Of a DNA stretch of 64,000 bases, positions 57,326 through 64,000 are shown piece after piece. The translations under genes were made by a program, and so were the position numbers. Position 1 is the stretch's first letter, and the number at the start of each line of letters is the position of its first letter. This stretch comes from Bdellovibrio sp. (GTDB lineage Bacteria; Bdellovibrionota; Bdellovibrionia; Bdellovibrionales; Bdellovibrionaceae), in assembly GCA_036676395.1 (NCBI GenBank), contig JAKFCY010000002.1:416001-480000 (forward strand). The letters run 5' to 3'. Below the pieces are notes generated by a model. That model saw nothing but the letters and a program-made list of their open reading frames with translations. It searched no databases and was not told the DNA's origin.

Positions 57326-59398
57326 ATGATTAAAAAACGACTGACCTCAATGGTGTTAGTTTTGAGTCTTATATCGTTTTCTTGTTCAACAAAGAAAAAA
57401 GTCGTAGATGATGATTTCGGTGTCGAAGATGAAACTGGCACAGAGCTATCGCTAGATGATACAGCTGAAAGCGCAAGCGATCCTAATGCTAAAGATGAAT
57501 TTGCTGAATTTGATAAACCAGTTCAGGACGAAGCACCTCCAGAACAAGTGGCTGAAGCAACTCCTCCGCCGGAAGAAACTATCGAAGTTCCTCCGCAACC
57601 CCAAGAGGTCGCGGCAGAGCCTCCTCCAATTGATCAGCCAACAGCAAAAATCAGTGATGTTAAATTTTTGGGTAATAGCAATGGCGGCACTTTAGTTATT
57701 AATGCGGATTATCCTCTGCAGTACAAAACACGCATGAATTCAAACACCAATCAATTAGTGGTTGAAGTTCAAAATGCTATCGTACCGGATCGTTTAAAAA
57801 GAGCCTTAAACACTAAAGATATGACTTCTAATATCGGTAGCATTGATATTTACCAAAACGCGAATTCAAACGTAGCTCGTTTTGTTGTGCAATTACGTTC
57901 TGGGGCGCAAGAGCCTCTAGTGCAACCTGAAGGTAACACTTTATTGATTGTTGGCAGCCCAAGCGGAATTACCGATAAAACTCCAGAGGCTATGGCCGCA
58001 GCAGAAGGCGGCGAATCAGACGATGCTGCAAGTCTTGGTATTATGAACTCTGAAAGTATTGAAGAATTCTTAGCGAATAATAATAAGTTTTATGGCCGTA
58101 AGATCTCAATTGAAACTACGGATATGGATGTTCGCGATGTTTTAAAATTTATCTCTGAAGAGTCAGGGATAAATATGATTTTCGACGATAATATTGCAGG
58201 TCGCGTAAGTTTAAAACTTCGCAAAGTCCCTTGGGATCAGGCTTTAGTTACGATTTTAAAGTCAAAAAAGTTAGCTTACCGTCGCCAAGGCCAAGTTTTA
58301 CGTATCGGTCCTGTCGAAGCATTGGCTAAAGAAGAAGAAGACGCGATCCGTCTGAAAGAGGCTAAACTTAAGACTGAATCTTTAGTCGTAAGAAATTTCT
58401 CAATTAACTATGCCGACGTGGCAGCTCTTGAAGCCAAGATTAAAGACTTTATCGCTGACGGAGCAGGGGCGGCAGCAACAACGCGCGGAAAAGTAACAGT
58501 TGATACAAGAACAAATTCACTGATTGTAACTGAGACAAATACAAAGCTGGCTCAAGTTGAAAAACTAATCTTGCTTCTGGACTCTCAGCCACAACAGGTT
58601 CTTATCGAAGGCCGCGTGGTTGAAGCCTCTGAAACTTACGCTCGTACAATTGGTGTAAACTTTGGTTTTAATTTACCGCAAACAGGGGATGCGAACTTAG
58701 TGATCCCAGGTCGTGACCGTGTTTCTACGGGTAGTTTAAGTCGGTTTTACAGTCCATCAGCAACATTTAATCCCGCAGCAACAGGTTCATTCACCGGCTC
58801 ATTGTGGGTAGGCCAATTCGGCGCTTTCGGGGATTTGTCAACTCGCTTAGCTCTGGATGAAGTCGAGGAAAAAGTTAAGATCTTATCTTCGCCTCGCATC
58901 GCGGTTTTACATAATAGCCAAGCTACTATTAAGCAGGGTTCAATCATCCAGGTTCCATCTACAGAGACTCAAACGGCCGGAACCACGACGGTTACGCAAA
59001 CGTTTAAAGAAGTTGAAGTGGGCGTGAATTTAGACGTGAAACCCCTAATTTCAAGCATTGGGACTGTAAATTTAGATCTAAAAATCGAGCGTTCAGCAAC
59101 AACAGCTACTGGCGGAAGAACTCAGCGTGAAATCAAAACCAATATCATCGTAAAAAGCGGTGAAACAGCGGTTATCGGCGGGGTATTTACTTCAGATGTG
59201 ACAAATCGTCGTACGGGAATCCCAGGATTAAAAGATATTCCTATCTTAGGAACATTATTTAGAACTGATTCTAATTCGAGCCAAAAAACAGAGTTAATGT
59301 TTTTTATCTCTCCAAGAATTCTTAAGACGCTACAAGCTCCTACATTCAAGGCGGATAGCCAAGATTTAGAAGCAGGTGGCAGCACGAGTGAGCAATAG
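57326..59398 (+). CDS. pilQ: Type IV pilus secretin PilQ
   Basis: AMIN-like domain, VPWDQAL, QVLIEGRVVE, PGLKDIPILGTLF, ELMFFISPRI. Confidence 0.95.
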   Translation: MIKKRLTSMVLVLSLISFSCSTKKKVVDDDFGVEDETGTELSLDDTAESASDPNAKDEFAEFDKPVQDEAPPEQVAEATPPPEETIEVPPQPQEVAAEPPPIDQPTAKISDVKFLGNSNGGTLVINADYPLQYKTRMNSNTNQLVVEVQNAIVPDRLKRALNTKDMTSNIGSIDIYQNANSNVARFVVQLRSGAQEPLVQPEGNTLLIVGSPSGITDKTPEAMAAAEGGESDDAASLGIMNSESIEEFLANNNKFYGRKISIETTDMDVRDVLKFISEESGINMIFDDNIAGRVSLKLRKVPWDQALVTILKSKKLAYRRQGQVLRIGPVEALAKEEEDAIRLKEAKLKTESLVVRNFSINYADVAALEAKIKDFIADGAGAAATTRGKVTVDTRTNSLIVTETNTKLAQVEKLILLLDSQPQQVLIEGRVVEASETYARTIGVNFGFNLPQTGDANLVIPGRDRVSTGSLSRFYSPSATFNPAATGSFTGSLWVGQFGAFGDLSTRLALDEVEEKVKILSSPRIAVLHNSQATIKQGSIIQVPSTETQTAGTTTVTQTFKEVEVGVNLDVKPLISSIGTVNLDLKIERSATTATGGRTQREIKTNIIVKSGETAVIGGVFTSDVTNRRTGIPGLKDIPILGTLFRTDSNSSQKTELMFFISPRILKTLQAPTFKADSQDLEAGGSTSEQ

Positions 59399-59533
59399 CC
59401 CGAACAGTAACTCTGAGAAGTAGAACTCTCAGAGTGGATGATCCAAAAAAACCAGAATTTAATTATAATAGAACAGAGAAATAAAAAAGGGGCAGAAAAG
59501 CCGCCGAGAGTTGAAGGGGGCTGAAAAGCCCCT

Positions 59534-59836
59534 TTAGATTTTTTGCGCTGAGAACATCGTGCTGTCCTCGTTTTTAATGTTACTAAATGAGTAGGCCGTA
59601 TTCGCCGGCATTTCTAATTTATCGCCGGCACGCAATACAAATTGAGTACCTGATAGGTTAAAAATAAGTTCACCTTCAGCGATTTGAATAATTTCATTTA
59701 AATGAGTTCTCTGGTTCGCTAAGCGCGAGCCAGACTTGATTTGAAAAGGTCTTGGTTCAAGTCCTTCAGCTTCAAAAAGCTTAATAATGATGTCTTTGTT
59801 TACTGGAATTTCTGCAGTCCAACGAGTAATTTTCAT
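59534..59836 (-). CDS. Cupin-domain protein
   Basis: EIIQIAEGEL..LRAGD..MPANT cupin pattern. Confidence 0.75.
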   Translation of the reverse strand: MKITRWTAEIPVNKDIIIKLFEAEGLEPRPFQIKSGSRLANQRTHLNEIIQIAEGELIFNLSGTQFVLRAGDKLEMPANTAYSFSNIKNEDSTMFSAQKI

Positions 59837-59885
59837 AATAAACCTAATATTTCACACAGATTCTTAATTTGATACAAAAATATTT

Positions 59886-59913
59886 TAAAGACTCACTCTC
59901 ATTAGGACGATAA
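59886..59913 (+). promoter_or_regulatory. Sigma28-like promoter
   Basis: TAAA-N16-GACGATAA. Confidence 0.5.
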
Positions 59914-59965
59914 AAAAAATGATATAGAGCGCTAGATAAGTACCGGCAATATTGTGGAGGCCACC

Positions 59966-60487
59966 TTGAAGAAGCCAAATGAGAGTGTAAGTTCTAACAA
60001 CAACATGAATGAGATTATTAATTTTTTAGAAAACACTCGCTATGTGAAATTTGAATTCGATCAAACTTCACTGCGCGTAACACAGAATGAAGATCAAAAA
60101 GCTATTAGCTTTAGATTTGCTGACGTTGAAAAAGTATTAGCTCGCACAGACTTCGATGGTTCACAATTCATTCAGATTAATTTTCATAATAAGACTAAGA
60201 TTTTAATTACAAAAAACTTAATCGGCTTCAAACCACTTGAATTAGTGGGCTTTGATGCTGGCAAAATTCCAAAAGTAGTGACGACAGTAGATCTAAATAG
60301 CGTTTTCAAGGCGATTGAAGATCTTACAGATGGTGAAGACACGTACCAAACAGCCACGGAATTGGAAGTTTTGAAAAAAGTATATCAAAGTATTATGATG
60401 GGAGCCGAGCAAGTCGGCTTTGAGATGAAGGCCGAGAAACTATGGTTTTCAGCATTTCTGCTGAATCCACTCGCAGCGACTGCTTAA
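59966..60487 (+). CDS. Hypothetical cytoplasmic protein
   Basis: ORF; TTG 59966 preceded by GGAGG (alternative GTG 59954). Confidence 0.75.
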   Translation: MKKPNESVSSNNNMNEIINFLENTRYVKFEFDQTSLRVTQNEDQKAISFRFADVEKVLARTDFDGSQFIQINFHNKTKILITKNLIGFKPLELVGFDAGKIPKVVTTVDLNSVFKAIEDLTDGEDTYQTATELEVLKKVYQSIMMGAEQVGFEMKAEKLWFSAFLLNPLAATA

Positions 60488-60614
60488 ACACTTTGCTGTC
60501 ACGCCTAAAAAAATAACAACTAGTTTGAAAAAACCAGCTTTTTAACTTTTTTTTAAAAAAAGTATTGCAAACCCGTTTGGTATAAGCGACAAACGTCGAA
60601 CAGCAAAAGACGTC

Positions 60615-60690
<76 letters not shown>

Positions 60691-60726
60691 AATCAAGACT
60701 TTAGATATTTTATTTAAAAATAAAAT

Positions 60727-60766
60727 AAAAAAAGTATTGACGAGGGTAACTCAACTGAATTACAAC
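60727..60766 (+). promoter_or_regulatory. Probable rRNA operon promoter with A-tract UP element
   Basis: A-tract then TTGACG-N18-TACAAC. The same 13-mer AAAAAAAGTATTG precedes tRNA-Ala at 60555-60567. Confidence 0.5.
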
Positions 60767-60823
60767 TGACGTCCTTGTAGAAATGAAAACGCTTAGCGAA
60801 AGCGAAGCAAATGTTAATGATCG

Positions 60824-60835
60824 GTTCTTTGAAAA
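60824..60835 (+). promoter_or_regulatory. rRNA leader boxA antitermination element
   Basis: GTTCTTTGAAAA; the following AAAACTGAATAGCTA is complementary to TAGCTATTCAGTTTT in the ITS (16S processing stem). Confidence 0.75.
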
Positions 60836-61047
60836 CTGAATAGCTAAAAGATTTTGGAACTAATAGAACAGCTACTTTAATGTAGCATCTAACGTAACCT
60901 TGGTTGCTTAGAGTAATATTATTAATTTCTAGGTTTCTTTATATATAAATGAAATCATTTAAAAACTAACGTTTTTATCTCAATGATTGTCATCTTCGGA
61001 TGGCAATACAAAAATGAACAGATTTTTAAACTTTTTTAGTTTTTTTT

Positions 61048-62558
<1,511 letters not shown>

Positions 62559-62662
62559 TTCGTGATCAGCACTTTGAATTTATTCAAAGAAAGCAATCAC
62601 TTCTCTTAGGTCAAACCAAAATCTTTTAATAGCTATTCAGTTTTGATGGAACTACTGGTCAT

Positions 62663-62739
<77 letters not shown>

Positions 62740-62754
62740 ACTAAGAAATTTTTC

Positions 62755-62766
62755 GTTCTTTGACAA
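62755..62766 (+). promoter_or_regulatory. Spacer boxA
   Basis: GTTCTTTGACAA downstream of tRNA-Ile. Confidence 0.7.
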
Positions 62767-62989
62767 TTGAATATGTAAACTAAGAAGTTTCGAACAAATA
62801 TTTTCGGGAATTAAACCTAAAATATCGAAATGAAGTATAGAGTTTTTATTTGTATTAATTTTTTACTAAAAATGATCGCAAGATATTTTTGAGTAAAACA
62901 ATTATTTAATTTACGAATAGTTCATTGAACTAATTCAGTAGATTGTATTAATTGATTTTTAGCGAGGTTAGATTCATATATAATATAAT

Positions 62990-64000
<1,011 letters not shown>

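Noticed and set aside
559..59385. Numerous short ORFs overlapping assigned genes (e.g. 559-957, 1322-1708, 20991-21473, 32973-33353, 37302-37619)
   Set aside because: Shadow or alternate-frame ORFs of well-supported genes, with no recognisable motifs or RBS.

Overview
AT-rich chromosomal segment from a Bdellovibrionaceae-like predatory bacterium. The assignment is inferred from the 16S sequence and gene content, not from a database search. The window holds mostly core genes: dsbD, motAB, a DnaQ-WYL exonuclease, an extended lspA, dacB with a lytic transglycosylase, upp/hpt/thyA/folA, and a fragmented dcw cluster (rsmH-ftsL-ftsI // murE-murF // mraY-murD-ftsW-murG-murC-murB; no mraZ, ddl or ftsQAZ here). 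After these come hpf, metK, lepA with three tandem lepB paralogues, and pyrB-carA-orf-carB running into a type IVa pilus cluster (pilH/pilI-like, pilD, pilMNOPQ). The window ends with tRNA-Ala, 16S, tRNA-Ile and a partial 23S. I saw no CRISPR array, transposase or prophage. The most striking non-coding signal is at the left edge: two abutting 24-nt hairpins of identical architecture (GUC-GNGA-GAY apex, C.C mismatch at the same position) directly upstream of a probable RluB/RluF-type pseudouridine synthase. They resemble 23S helix 93, that enzyme family's substrate, and may form an autoregulatory substrate-mimic leader. Other signals: a set of sigma28-like promoters (motA, PilZ gene, MCP, hpf, an unknown gene), a recurrent 7-3-7 intergenic palindrome, several apparently leaderless genes, SD-occluding hairpins on ftsW and pilM, a Ser-to-Thr catalytic change in the third LepB, an LspA-HAMP-like fusion and a secreted 33-aa Cys-repeat protein.
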